Translations under genes and position numbers: made by a program
Assembly (NCBI RefSeq): GCF_009914755.1
Contig: NC_060931.1
DNA: 64,000 nucleotides
Strand: one strand, 5' to 3'
Source of the DNA: the human T2T-CHM13v2.0 reference genome, Homo sapiens
The notes under the pieces: model-generated
What the model was told of the DNA's origin: nothing
The model's input: the letters and a program-made list of their open reading frames with translations, nothing else
The model's database searches: none
Shown here: one piece after another, positions 26,498 through 40,449 of the stretch
Layout of the letters: the number at the start of each line of letters is the position of its first letter
Numbering within the stretch: position 1 is the stretch's first letter

Positions 26498-29327
26498 GTA
26501 ATGGCTTAAAGTGTGACCATGAGTAGCTGGTAGATGTTGAACAAAAAGCACAATGTTGAAAGGTTTGTTTTTATCGGGACACTATGCAAATTGCTATAAT
26601 GTAGATTAGTAAATTTTTGTGTTGCCCCAAATATTTATTACATTATGTTCCAGGTACTCAGGTTTATATTCTGTCCTCATTAATTTTAAACGTTCTTAAT
26701 CATACAGATGATATTGCAAAAATAGTTTATAATTGTTCAGGTGTATTATGTTAAAAACATAAACATTTATAGCAATAAAATATTAGTTAAGAATAATGGT
26801 GACTTTTACTTATTCCTATTATGTTAATGGAAACCCAAGCAACAAAAGTCAGATTAAGTCAATGCAGAAAATGTGGATGGGAAAAAAATGACAAAAATAA
26901 GGATAAAGTCTTGTTCCTTTCTGATTACTTGAGTTTATGTGAGAAAAGGTTTTTTTTTTTTTAACCTACATTAGAAGAAAAGATCTATAAAATTGTGGTG
27001 GTAATAGCAGGAAAAGCCATGAACACAAACAATATATGGTTGCTTGAAATAATCTCTCAAAATGTTGAACAGTTGAATATTTGGGAAGACTTTAGCTATT
27101 TTTATCATAATTTATCTGAATAACAGTATTCAAAGGTAGCCAGGGTCATTTTGATAGAGACATCCATTAATCCTAGAGTTTACACTATAAGTAAAATCAT
27201 AACCACTCATTTTTAATATAAATTCAAGGGGTGCATGTGCAGGTTTGCTACATGGACATGTTGCATATTCAAGCCACTTATTTAATTAACATTTTATAAC
27301 ATCTTGGATTGAAAAGTGGCAACAAAAAATAGTGGTCTAGAATTGTGTGATCTGGGAAATAGAGGACAATAAAAGGAAAGAGAAGTTAAGAAAGTAGGGA
27401 TACAAAAGGAGAAAGTCATCTATGGGATCATTTCACAGATGGCACTTTTTAAATTCTCTGACTGATGCTCCATATTCCATTGCTAGAGGCTCAAGTTCTA
27501 CAGGATGTTATCTTCTGAAATCTCATGACTTAAAAAACAGAAAAAAAGTCAAACATTTTATTTATATTTTACATTTATATGTTGATGTTTGTTATATGTT
27601 TATGTCATATGTTATATATATTATTTATATATATTTAACTATGATATTTTCTTTTTGTGCCTTATAAACTTAGGAATTGTGTTTGCTATTTTTCCTCTTT
27701 TGTCAAGTCTGTGTCTTTAAGCACCACTGTTTTATTTGTTTTTCTAGTTTACATTAAAATACTATTATTTTAGTACCACAGTGTCTCATTGCCATATTCA
27801 GAATTTTTAGACCAACAGCTCTCAGTTATCTGTTACATTTTGATTCCCTTCACTTCCAAACATGTCTCTTCTGCATACCCCATCAGCATGGGTATGCAGA
27901 TTAACTAAAATTTTATCCAAAGTCCAACATGGTTTATTTTTAACAAATAAAATAATACAAAATCAGACCTAGTCCAGGAGATCCAAACTCCCCTGTTTTG
28001 AGTGTCAAAAGAGTGGTGATTCAAGGGCATCTCCTTATTTCACTTGTTCAGTTCTCAAAGATTCCCTCTTGATCACCTGAATATGCATGTTTTCGTGTAA
28101 AAATCAGAAAGCAAAATGAATGTTAGTCTCACTTACTTGCAGACCAATTAATAAAAGAAATTACCAAAATACCTGACTGTCAATAAAAGGTACTAGTCTA
28201 CTTATGAAAGGAGGTTGGCTGTGCAGGATAACATCAAGGGGTTTGAAGGACATTTACTAGGACTAATGACTTACATGTGACAAATCATTTCTGTTTTCTT
28301 ATCTAATTATAAAAGCTTCTAAGCAAGATCCTTCTATAAGTGTGAAGGTAGAATTACACCTTTGTCTAGTGTTTCTTAAGCTTGACTGACTAATTCAATT
28401 TTAGTATTCAGATCCACTCATCTAAGAGAGAGAACAGATGGATTCCAGTTTTTTTTTATCAGCAAATTCTTGGTAACTGAAGCTTTAAAATATTAGATGG
28501 CCTAAATGCTGAACATCTGTTGCTATAAATAACTGTTTCTAGTGAAATGTGTTTGATGTTTCCTTGTCAGAGAAATCACTTGTAAAATTGCATACTGTGA
28601 ACTAGTAATATATTCAGTCTAAGAAAGTCTTTCCAGGAAAAGAAAAAAAAATCAGAACCAGTTAAAATAATTTGGCCCCTTCACAATTAATTAACAGATC
28701 CAATGACTTTGTTTACATAGCATATTTTCAAGTTAGAATTCTTGAAATTTTACAGATTAAAAGTCCCAAAGGCTTTTGACATTATCCTTAATGAAATTCT
28801 CCATATAAATGTTTTCTATTATTTACAGAGAGAAGGAAAAAATGTTTTCAAATGTAAACATCTATTTGACTGTAAGACATTAAATTGTACAGTTTTACAA
28901 AACCGAAATTACACTATTTATTATGCTTGGTCCACACTAAAATTGAAACTATATTATTTCTACATTTTTTCTCAGAATTTACATGCAACATCCAGGCATG
29001 TTAAAGAAAGTTGTCCATCAAAAGATGCAGTCCACTGATAAGGAGTGGGGCTATGGTGGTATTTATAAATTAACATTGAAAATAAGTGATTTTATCTTTA
29101 GGTATAGATGGAAAAGAGATTGCTGAACAAATCAGATTTCTGAAATACAGGTTTTGATTGATAATAAATGTAGAGAAAATTGGTAATTGTTGCTTAACAA
29201 TTGAATGCTGAGATTTAGTTAGAATTATACAAATAATTGAAGTTGTTTCAGAAGCTACTTTATAAGTGATAGGTACGTTTATTTCTGTTAAATTATGCTC
29301 TCTAACACAATTTTTTTATTCACGTAG

Positions 29328-29413
29328 ATGATGTCGGAGCAATTCCAATAAAGCACTTTCCAAAGCATGTTGCAGATTTACATGCAAGTAGTGGGTTTAC
29401 TGAAGAATTTGAG
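29328..29413 (+). CDS. PTPRZ1: PTPRZ1 exon 15 (86 nt), [29 protein letters not shown]
   Basis: cacgtag|ATGATG...TTTGAG|gtatga. Confidence 0.96.
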
Positions 29414-30079
29414 GTATGATTTTAATATGTCTATTTTAAATAATATAGAAAATAGTAAAATTTAAAAGATTCAGCAATAGGCTATTTCTTGACCTAAAGA
29501 CAGTGCAACCATTTGCACTTCTAGTAAAAATATGAGTTCCATAATTACATATGTGTTTAGGAGATGTGTTATAGTTACTATATAATTTAGACAATTGGTT
29601 TTCTATTTTAAAAGCCAAGTTGTACTGGTGGAAACATAAAAAACATTGTTCATTTTCTTCCATAAAGTACAAATCTTTAATATTCTTTTTTAAAATCTGA
29701 ATTAATAACAATGATTCTTTTTAATTTTCTAAATTATATAAATTATACTAAACTACTAAATTTCATGATTTCCAGCCAAATTACATAAAAATTCTTAACT
29801 GTGATTTGTACACCAGTGTTAATGCAAAAGCATTTAGATAACACTTACATTATACCAGGTAAAAATGTATCTTCTTTTCAAGAAAATATGCATTTCTAAA
29901 AAAAATTTGAACTTCAAAATCAGTAAGTTTTTTCCAATGATATTCTGTTAAAATACTCTTAGACAGAAGGGCAGAGAAATTTACTGCAAATTTATCATGG
30001 CCCACTGAACTATCAGCTAAGTAGATTTTTCAAAATAGAGAGCTGTAAGCACAAAGGTAACAATAAAAACCACAAAAAA

Positions 30080-30290
30080 TAAAAGCTACCCTTTGTGAAC
30101 ACCTTCTTACATGTCAGTGGACTACATGCTTTCACATTCAACTTTCACCCATCTCTGGGAATTACTTGTTATTATTTCTATTCATATTATTGATGAAATC
30201 AAACTTCATAGAATTTAATTAACAACTGATAAATAACAGAGTTCCATTCAAACCTAAGTCTGTGATTTAAAAACTCATGTCCTTTCCACT
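30080..30290 (-). mobile_element. MIR fragment
   Basis: ttcaaacctaagtctgtgatttaaaactcatgtcctttccact. Confidence 0.5.
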
Positions 30291-31948
30291 GTAGCTGTAA
30301 GCAGGAAGGCTGTCTTCAGCCTCCCCGCTGGCCATTCCCCACTAGAGAGCTTCATATTGCATTTTTGCTTCTCTCTCCCCTAACCCCAGTGGCTCTGCGG
30401 ACCTCCCTCTTTGAAGTACTTTGAGCTGTAAGCCTAATCACAAAATCCACTCTCTCCTGATTTTCTTTCCCCACTGCACCCAGCAGTTGCTTCCCAGGAC
30501 TCACACCCATCATTATTTATTTAGGGAGGCAAAATGTTATAGATTAGAAAGCTTTAAGAAATCAAAAGAAAGAGAGGTATGATATGTTTTTACTAATTTA
30601 AAAATAATAGAAGCCAATTTATTTAATTCTAAAAGAAATCTAAATCATAGCTACATTGAATAAGAAAGCAGTGTGAGGCAGTACTAAGTAGGGTGGAATA
30701 ATATAAATAATTACATGTCTAAAACATCAAATTATTTTTTATTATTTTGACAGGCTAGAGGTTACGCATGCTATAGTGTTAACTCAATGTTAATTTTAGT
30801 GTTAACTGATAGAAATTATCAGGCTAACATCTAACAAAATAAGAAAAAATAGACAATTTATAATATAAATTACTGACAACATATACAAATTCATGGTTTT
30901 CATAACTATAAAATCATTTTGAATATTATTAAGCAGTCCAAAATAATTAAATTAATAAAATAACTCCATGTTTTCACTTTTAAAGTTTTTTCTTAATTCT
31001 ATCTCTTTTAACTCACTGCCTGATTCAAGAAAATTTTACATTAACTGAATAATTAGCTTAGTAACTAATAGCGTTATACCTTTTAAGTGGTTCTTACATC
31101 AAATTGCTTTTAATTGTTCAGAATGACTTGCTGCAAAAGAAGCCTTAAAAGGTTATGTGGAGGGAGATTGGGCCATTTGCTGATGAATCAGATTTTTATT
31201 TTGGTTATCTACTTTCTCAGAAATTATAAGGCTTTTATTTTATTATATAATACTAAATAATTATAAATTCTAAACAGATAGAAAATATTTCTGAAAGCAT
31301 ATTAACTCATTTTTAATAAAAAAATGGGCAGAAATAAATTTTCTTTACTTACTGAAGTTTAAACAAAAAGAGGTCTGCTAATTAAATATTTAGAGTGTTA
31401 TGCTATCTAAATTTTGTTTCAAAATGATGTAATGTGTATGATTTTTAAAATTTTTAGGAAATGATTAATGTTTTGATAGCCTTAAATCTGTTACAAACCA
31501 CCTAATAGGAAGCTGTTTACTTTTTAAAGTAACCCCCCAAAAAATAAAAACAAAAAAGCACATCACTAATTCAGAGTTTCAAATAGTGCTACTATGGTCA
31601 AATAAAATAAAATTTGGATATTAGCCAATCTGACTAATATGACAAAATGTATCATGGAATATGTGGTTCCTCTCATCTGCATTTTTAAAATCATCATATT
31701 ATGACATCACTATCTCCTTTTAAAAGTGTTATGTTTTCTTTTACATAATTTTAAAGTTCCAAATTATTAGACATTTTGATTTGCATGCAACTGTTTGAAA
31801 CATTCTGTTGTGTTAGTATTTGACAAATGTATTTATTGCATGATCATAGTTTTCCATTGTAAACCTAATATGAACGCTTTTTTTTCTCATTTGTCGTGTG
31901 CTGTGGAATTTGATTTCTTTACTTTTTTGGCATTCATTCCCTCATTAG

Positions 31949-31969
31949 ACACTGAAAGAGTTTTACCAG
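31949..31969 (+). CDS. PTPRZ1: PTPRZ1 exon 16, 21-nt alternative microexon TLKEFYQ
   Basis: cattag|ACACTGAAAGAGTTTTACCAG|gtaagg; symmetric phase 0-0. Confidence 0.93.
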
Positions 31970-32135
31970 GTAAGGCATTATTTCACTGCATTTTCTTTTA
32001 GCCAAGAAGTAGTTGTAACTTTTAAAAAATTTCATTTGATAGATTATTTTGTTTGTTTTGTCTTCGTTATTATATTTTAAGGCACGTTGTTTGAAAGAAT
32101 GTGTGTTAAAATGATTTACATATAATTTTTTACAG

Positions 32136-32232
32136 GAAGTGCAGAGCTGTACTGTTGACTTAGGTATTACAGCAGACAGCTCCAACCACCCAGACAACAA
32201 GCACAAGAATCGATACATAAATATCGTTGCCT
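32136..32232 (+). CDS. PTPRZ1: PTPRZ1 exon 17 (97 nt), D1 start with KNRY motif
   Basis: ttacag|GAAGTG...GCCT|gtaagt; [12 protein letters not shown]. Confidence 0.96.
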
Positions 32233-33319
32233 GTAAGTATATTCTTAAATCAGCTCTGACTTCAATATCATTGCCATTTTGGTGCCTTTTAAAAGTGTCC
32301 TGAAGTCATCTGAGAGCTGACCTTAGTGTGGCTGTTTGGGGCCTTTTTATCAGGGAATAATAAGACTTGTGTTAGATAATATGTAGCATTATATCACTCT
32401 GACTTAAATACCTTCTGCAATTAATAACATCTGTTTTATTTAAACAAAACAAACTTAGAATTTTAATCCAATTCTTTCTTTTGTTCTTTCTTTCATAGAC
32501 TGTTCATCTCCCTTGGTGGTTTTTGTCATTATTTATATGACTTGGTCCTATTTTCACCTAGGATTTGCTTACTCTTATGTGAATTTACCAACCGAATTAC
32601 ATTTTCTTTAAACTTTCTCTTTTTTCTTCTACCTTTACCTGTTTCCTCCCTTTCTTGGCATTCTTCCTGGGGTCTTATAAAGAATTAGTTGGATTCTTTC
32701 TTTTAATTCTTTCTTTCTCTTTGTTTTCTTAGCCTTTCTCTCTCCCTTTCTCCTCAATGAGCAGCTATCTGGCTTTTTTCATTAGTGCAATTTTACGTAA
32801 TATTTCTCTATGAAATTATTGTCTTTCTTCTGTCTTCTTATAGCACTTCTGGTTGCATTTGTTCCCTCTTATTTTTGTTTATATTCCCCTTCATCTCCTA
32901 AAATTCATCTTCGTGCTCCCTCCCCACTCCAAAAACAAACAAACAAACAAATAAACATTCTACTTATACCCTTTCTATATATTCAGTGGCGTGGCCCTTC
33001 CTGGCTTCATAGGACCATGGTATTACCAACGAGGTTATTTAAATTCTGGTTTCATTCTAGTTCTGAAAGCCAATGGAGCTGCACTCTTCTCCCTGTTACT
33101 ATCATGATCTCTTATATAGTTTGTATAGATGTTGCCATTCTTTCCACAGAGTTTACACTAATTTTTATTTTTTAGTAGAGGGCTTTATGTTTGTCTTCCT
33201 GAACTGCGTCTATCCTGGCTACACATAAAACTCACTTGCTTCTTGAGATAAAATTATTAGACTTTCCTCTACAAGCTAAATAGAACATACGCATCAGGTA
33301 ATTAAGAAGGAGACAGAGA

Positions 33320-33530
33320 TTAACATTTGATGAACACCTACCTACTATGTGGCTGGCACTGTAAATAAGTTATTTCATTTAATCCCTGAAACAACCAGGC
33401 AAGATAGGAAATTGTCCAATTTTAGAGATAAAGAAAAACAATCCAGAAATTCTAAAACTATTAAAACCAAACTACAAAAATAGGTCACCCTGACATTGAG
33501 ACCCATCTGTCAGTTGCCATACTTCCATTT
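33320..33530 (-). mobile_element. MIR fragment
   Basis: cctactatgtggctggcactg...tttcatttaatccctgaaacaacc...attttagagataaagaaa. Confidence 0.6.
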
Positions 33531-34453
33531 GCACATACATTCCTGTATCAGTGTGACCTGTTACCATCACAGAAGTATTCATATCCCAGAGTATCTCTTT
33601 AACTTGTTTTGGTTTGGTCTGTATTCACTTCTTCATCCTTGAAAAGAATAATCTTCTCAGTGAAACTGCCATGTTTCCTTCAAGTAATACTTTATTTCTC
33701 ATATGTATTTTCTCCAAATAAATAGTTTTTCTGTAGAACTGAATTTAATCTCAAACTCCTGTAATCATACTTTGAATTACCATAGTTATACCTTATATCA
33801 TTTACCAGATTTTGCATCCATCCTGTTTTCACTGGCAGTGTGCTATCTACCTCCTCTGTGCTTGAGCAGCTGTTCTCCTGCCTCCTTTTGAAGCAGTTTC
33901 TCTTTGAGGCTCCTCCTGAAAGAGCTGTTTGCTGTAACCATTCACAGAAACTTCCTAGGGAACCTTTGGCTTTCTTCTCTATCTCTTCTTCCTTCATCAG
34001 CCTCCTGTTCATCCTTACCTAGCTTTGTGAGCCTCCCCACCCATCACATTTTTATCTCTTCGAGAAGCTCTCCACTGTTCACAGCCCTTGTAACCAACCT
34101 TAAAATTCCATTTAAAAGACCAACTTCAGATGTCAACCTCTATAGAAACTTTTATCTCAAACCAAAACAATTTCTGTTTTCATATCCCTCCACTACATTG
34201 CACCTCTCACTTGACACCTGTGTATATACCCTAGTTTCACCTATTACCTTAGAAATGTTCCTGAGGGTGGAGATTCTTTTTATATTTGTCTTTGTTTTCT
34301 TTGCTGTCTCTGTATCCCCAAAAAGCCTATGAAAGTAAATGATTGCTTGTGTTGATTTTAATTGAATGAAATAAATTATTATGCAAATATGAATTATCTT
34401 TGTGCTGAAAAGTAGTCTGTGCTACAATGAAATATATTCTCTTTATATTACAG

Positions 34454-34536
34454 ATGATCATAGCAGGGTTAAGCTAGCACAGCTTGCTGAAAAGGATGGC
34501 AAACTGACTGATTATATCAATGCCAATTATGTTGAT
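34454..34536 (+). CDS. PTPRZ1: PTPRZ1 exon 18 (83 nt), DHSRVKL...DYINANYVD
   Basis: ttacag|ATGATC...GTTGAT|gtaagc; PTP motif DYINA. Confidence 0.96.
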
Positions 34537-34844
34537 GTAAGCATGTTTTAATTGAAAATTTTATAGAAATCATATTAGACTGAATTATTATACCATAATG
34601 CCATACATGCATACATATACTAGTGCTTAATGTCACGTTATTCGATAGAGAATAAAAATGGTAAAGTAACAGTAAATAATTTTTAAGAGAGCCTATGACT
34701 AAAAATTTTCATATTAAATGACACTCAAGCTATTTTACTTGGTTTATCTCCTGAGTGAGGAAAGGAATTCATGATGGGAGTGTACCTTCAGGGTGGAATA
34801 GGTAGATTCAGATAGGTTTCTAACTCTTTAGATGTGAAGGGCAG

Positions 34845-35163
<319 letters not shown>

Positions 35164-35569
35164 TTATTTTAAGTTTCCCATAGCTCCTGGCACAAGGATG
35201 TGCATTTAGCTGATGAACAAAAAATTTCCATAGTAGTACTGATTAAAAGGCAAACATGATTATTAATCCAGTTATCAACCTTTATAATTTTGGGTATTCC
35301 TCAGGATACCCAGCTTTGTGGAACTTACTGGGACTCTCCAGAGACTGTAGACCGCTCACTAACTAAATTGGTTTTTCACTGTGATCACCTGAATGTCAGC
35401 AGAACTCAATTACTTCCCTAAGATGCACCTCTCAGTCTAGCTGGCTTCAGGTTAATACTGTGTGGAATACTGAATTCAAATAAATGAGTACATAAGTATA
35501 AAGTGGGTTTGTTACAGGCAACTGTTTCATGCTTCCTGAGGAGGAAATATGCATGTCAGAATGAACATG

Positions 35570-35720
35570 AGATCTGGAGTTAGAACTGATTTTGAATCCC
35601 ATCTCTGCCACTGGCTAGCTGTGGGACTTTGGAAAGCCACTTAACTCCTCTGAGCTTTAGGTTCCTCATCTCCACATCAGGGTTGATGCTTCCATTTTGC
35701 ATAGATGAAAGATTAAGGTT
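35570..35720 (+). mobile_element. MIR fragment
   Basis: ttgaatcccatctctgccactggctagctgtgggactttggaaagccacttaactcctctgagc. Confidence 0.75.
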
Positions 35721-35727
35721 CACGTTC

Positions 35728-36089
35728 TGTATTAGTCTATGAAGGACACTGCTATGAAGGAATACCCAAGACTGGGTAATTTATAAAGAAAAGAGGTTTA
35801 ATTTTCTCATAGTTCTGCATGGCTAGGGAGGTCTCGGGAAACTTACAGTCATGGTGAAAGGCACCTCTTCACAGAATGGCAGGAGAGAGAATGAGTGCCC
35901 AGTAAGGAGGAAAGCCCTTTTTATAACCATCAGATCTCATGAGAACTCACTCACTCTCACGAGAACAGCGTGGGGGAAATCACCCTCATGATTCCATTAT
36001 TTCCACCTGGTTCCTCCCACAACACACAGGAATTATGGAAACTACAATTTAAGATGAGATTTGGGTGGGAAAACAGCCAATCCATATTA
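35728..36089 (-). mobile_element. THE1-type MaLR solo LTR
   Basis: tgtattagtc...gactgggtaatttataaagaaaagaggtttaa...gatgagatttgggtggg. Confidence 0.9.
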
Positions 36090-36607
36090 TGCCCATAAAA
36101 CATCTTGTACAAAATGGGACACAGTGACGAATTGCTAATAATGATTAGCACTTCTCAGCACGTTGAAGTAGAGTAAGGAGGTTACACTCCAGATGCTTTT
36201 TTAAGCTGTTGTAGACATCTGAGCCCAGTGCCTAAAATACATTTCAAAGCAGTGCTATTAAAGACTTGATTTTAAGCATAGCAAGTAGACCGCAAATGGA
36301 TTAAATACACTTGGAATACAAATGCACAGAATTATAGTTGTGTCAAAGCAAAGAGAGCTATTCTTTTTTTTTTTTTTTTTTTTTTTTACAAAAATGATAG
36401 GGATCCTTCTGCTTCCTAACCAAGAGTATTTTCTAACCAAGAGTAGCTATCTTAGTTGGTACCATCAAATTTCTCCAACTTTGCAAGTTTATTTTTTATG
36501 GTTTTCTTTTACGAAAAATTATGCTGACCTTAAAAACTTAGGCATTGTACAGTTAAAGATGACATATAAATCAGTTAGTAGGAAACATTTGTCATTTAAT
36601 TCTTCAG

Positions 36608-36742
36608 GGCTACAACAGACCAAAAGCTTATATTGCTGCCCAAGGCCCACTGAAATCCACAGCTGAAGATTTCTGGAGAATGATATGGGAACATAATGTG
36701 GAAGTTATTGTCATGATAACAAACCTCGTGGAGAAAGGAAGG
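36608..36742 (+). CDS. PTPRZ1: PTPRZ1 exon 19 (135 nt), YIAAQGP...DFWRMIWE
   Basis: cttcag|GGCTAC...GGAAGG|gtatgt. Confidence 0.96.
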
Positions 36743-37306
36743 GTATGTAGATAATCTGTTATGTCACCCCCAAAAAAGTAATTAGAGGTACTTTAAATTA
36801 GTTTTAATAGAGTCAGCATTAGGAAGGAGCCAAAGTTTTGAGAGTTATTTGGGATTCTTTTTTAGTAAATATGACAGCTAAAGGGAAACTGTTAATACTG
36901 TTAGTCAAAAAGTTTCATTATGAATCATGCTATCTGCCTTTTAAACGCATTCTTCATACTGTGGGAGAAGTAAATGGGACTCATTGAAAAGCAATGTAGA
37001 GTGAAATCGATTTTAATTCACAGGACATGGATTTTAGTCTTGGCTCTGTAACCTGAATCTTCTGACTCACTTGCCTTATCTGAAAGGGGAAATTTTAGGG
37101 TACCTCATCTCAGTCTCGTTCAGCTCTCAGATTCTATCCCTAGCCTCCTCCACAACTAATTTCAGTCACTTATAAAGAAAATAAAACATTTAGAAGAGTG
37201 AAGGAGTCCATTCCTGTCACCATCTCAGACCTTTACTGATTTCAGGGAATGACTTTTACATGGAGCATTTGAAATACAGAAGTAACATCTACATTTTCTT
37301 TTGCAG

Positions 37307-37441
37307 AGAAAATGTGATCAGTACTGGCCTGCCGATGGGAGTGAGGAGTACGGGAACTTTCTGGTCACTCAGAAGAGTGTGCAAGTGCTTGCCTATTATA
37401 CTGTGAGGAATTTTACTCTAAGAAACACAAAAATAAAAAAG
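37307..37441 (+). CDS. PTPRZ1: PTPRZ1 exon 20 (135 nt), RKCDQYWP...TKIKK
   Basis: ttgcag|AGAAAA...AAAAAG|gtgagt; ORF 37301-37507. Confidence 0.96.
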
Positions 37442-37568
37442 GTGAGTCAACAAAATGATGGGCATAATCAAGTGAACAATGCATTTGGTCATTTTTTAAG
37501 TGAATAAGCGATAGAACCAAGAAAGGGTAAAAAGCATATAACTAAAGGCATTAAAAATTCTTGTAACA

Positions 37569-37860
37569 GGCCAGGTGCATGGCTTATGCCTGTAATCCCA
37601 GGACATTGGGAGGCCAAGGTGGGTGAATTACTTGAGGTCAGGAGGTCGAGACTAGCCTGGCCAACATGGTGAAACCCCATATCTACTAAAAATGCAAAAA
37701 TTTGCTGAGTGTGGTGGTGCACACTTGGGAGGCTGAAGCACAGGAATCACATGTACCCAGGAGGCAGAGGTTGCAGTGAGCTAAGATCATGCCACTGCAC
37801 TCCAGCCTGGGCAACAGAGTGAGACTCTGTCAAAAAAAAAAGAAAAGAAAAAAAAAAAGA
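37569..37860 (+). mobile_element. AluS element (small internal deletion)
   Basis: Dimeric Alu with A tail. Confidence 0.9.
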
Positions 37861-38093
37861 ATTCTTATCACAGCTGCCGTCAGTCCTAAAGGTTTCTTTC
37901 AGGTCTCTAGATGCCTGTTGTGGCTTTGGAGCCAGACTGGTTTTGTTGCTGATGTTTAAAGTGAATGTGATACATGAACAGAAATTCCTACCTTGTGTGG
38001 CAACTGCATAGGATGGCCCTGACACAATCCCAATATTCAACTAAAAAGAGTGGAGAGTGAAACAAGAAAAAGAAAGGAAACACGAAGAATAAC

Positions 38094-38499
38094 GTATTAC
38101 TCAGGTTCTTCAAAGAAACAGAACCAACAGAATAGAGAGATAGAGAGGTTTACATTTTTAAGAATTGACTCACATGATCATGGGGATTAGCAAATCTTAA
38201 ACCTGTAGGACAGGCTGGCAGCCTAGAAATTCTGGTAGGATCTTTACGTTGCACTGTTGAGAAGAATTCTTTATTCTTCAGGTAACCTATCCTATCAGTC
38301 TTTGTTCTTACAGCCTTCAAGTGGTTGAATGGAGCTCACCCACATTATGGACTATGATTTGCTTTACTCAAAGTCTGCTGACTTACATGTTAATCACATC
38401 TAAACAAAATACCTTTACAGCAACATTTTGTGTGATTAGTGTTGACCAAACAATGGGCCACCATAGTATAGCCAAGTGGACACAAAATTAACCATCACA
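38094..38499 (-). mobile_element. MLT2 (ERVL) solo LTR
   Basis: agaaacagaaccaacag...aagaattgactcacatgat...aaaattaaccatcaca. Confidence 0.8.
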
Positions 38500-38579
38500 A
38501 ATGACACTCTACTTTCTTTCATTCATTATGGACCCTCAACATCAAATCAAGCTATGATTCCTGACTTGCTGTTGAAGAA

Positions 38580-38581
<2 letters not shown>

Positions 38582-38625
<44 letters not shown>
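38582..38625 (+). repeat. (GT)22 microsatellite
   Basis: Direct reading of the sequence. Confidence 0.97.
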
Positions 38626-38628
<3 letters not shown>

Positions 38629-38657
38629 ACTGTTATTAACTGTCTGAACTTTTCCAG

Positions 38658-38821
38658 GGCTCCCAGAAAGGAAGACCCAGTGGACGTGTGGTCACACAGT
38701 ATCACTACACGCAGTGGCCTGACATGGGAGTACCAGAGTACTCCCTGCCAGTGCTGACCTTTGTGAGAAAGGCAGCCTATGCCAAGCGCCATGCAGTGGG
38801 GCCTGTTGTCGTCCACTGCAG
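38658..38821 (+). CDS. PTPRZ1: PTPRZ1 exon 21 (164 nt), WPD loop and catalytic Cys (VVVHC)
   Basis: ttccag|GGCTCC...TGCAG|gtgagt; [15 protein letters not shown]. Confidence 0.97.
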
Positions 38822-40449
38822 GTGAGTCTCAGAGATGTGCCTCTAAACCCATAGAATTGCTTATACTTGCAAAAAGGAAATCAATGGAACAAAGCTTTTG
38901 CCCAAATGGGAATGATTTCTTGAAATGAGGGTGATGAAATTATATGTTCATTTTCATAAGTATTGATCACTAGGAAATGAACATGCCAGACTCAGAATTG
39001 GATTGCTGAATATTTCTAAGCACCACATATTTTTTGATGTTGATTATTTTATTTGATTGTTCAACTGCATTTCAGCTTATTAACTATTTGAGGCAGGTGG
39101 AACAATGTTTTTGTTGTTAAACAAATATTTACCTCAACATATAATACCATGGGATAAAAATGCTTGAGCTACAACCCCTGTCCCTAGGAGTTAAAATTCT
39201 GTTTTAGAATTATTATGCCAGGCTTGTATCACAGAAGCCAAAGCACACAGATTGTGAGAAATTTGGCAAAATATATTTAAGTTGTTTTTAAACATTTTGG
39301 GACCAGAATCCCTTTTTCATTTTCTTGAGTTTTAATACATTACATTGAATGTATTGTCAATTCATTGTTGCCAAGATTTTTTAATTTCCAAGACTAGGTT
39401 GATAAATAGAAATAATGATGTTTCAATGAAAGAGGAAAAATGTTGAAAATCCTTATTTAATGTTTTCAGTTAAAATAATAATAGCAGTTAATATTTATTG
39501 AGTGCTGACTGTGTGCCAAGCCTTAGATCACAAAAATCAAATTTGTTTCTATGTGAAGTATTGTTATCAAAGCAGTGTGTTTTTAGAGAATCAAGTGTTT
39601 GCCTTTGATATATAGCTTATCTAACACATTCTAATTACCATCTCAGGAGTTAAATTTGAGAGACCCATCTTGAGGCTTTTTAATCTGTTAGCCTGATTAT
39701 AAACTGAGGAAAACAGGAAGATGCAAGAAAAATAGTGCTGAAGGTCAGGGATTGTTTCCTAGCAAACGGAGAAGGACCAGGCTATTGTGCAGAGCAGGTG
39801 CTAATTTTCCACTCTAGCACTTCCTACTTGTCGGAACATTTGAAAAGAATCCCTGTCCGTGAATTCTGTCCCTCTGCTAGAGGCTTTGAAGAAGTCGATA
39901 GATAATGGCCCTTTAGAAATAACTGAAGTCATGCTTTATTCCTCACAATCTCACTGAAATGATATTTTCAGCAGAAAGCTTTATCAAATTCTTTTTCCCA
40001 TTAACGCAGAAATCTTTACAAACATGTCTACCTGGAAACATAGACCTAGGGACTTTTTCTTTTCAGAATTTGGTGAAGTTAAAGCTTTCACTTTTGTCAG
40101 ATTAAATGTCTATTTGCCACACTCTGATACATAATATTTTCATTGTACAATATACAATGAATAATAAATATGGTTTTTGAAAGTTTTAAAATCTCCAACA
40201 GATATAGTGAGGTTGTTTTGCAATTAGACACATGACAAAACATTAGAAAGGGTACTTCTAAATTTGTTGTGTAAAGCATTACGCTTAATTACTAAACTGT
40301 TTACAATATTGAATTGCCAAATGTATTGTGTGGCTCACTCGCTTGAAGAAGGAAGTTATTTTAATCAACATGACAACCAGTAGTGATCTATTTTTCAAAT
40401 TTATTTTATGCTTAACATTGAAATATTTATTTCTTGGTCTTCTCTTCAG

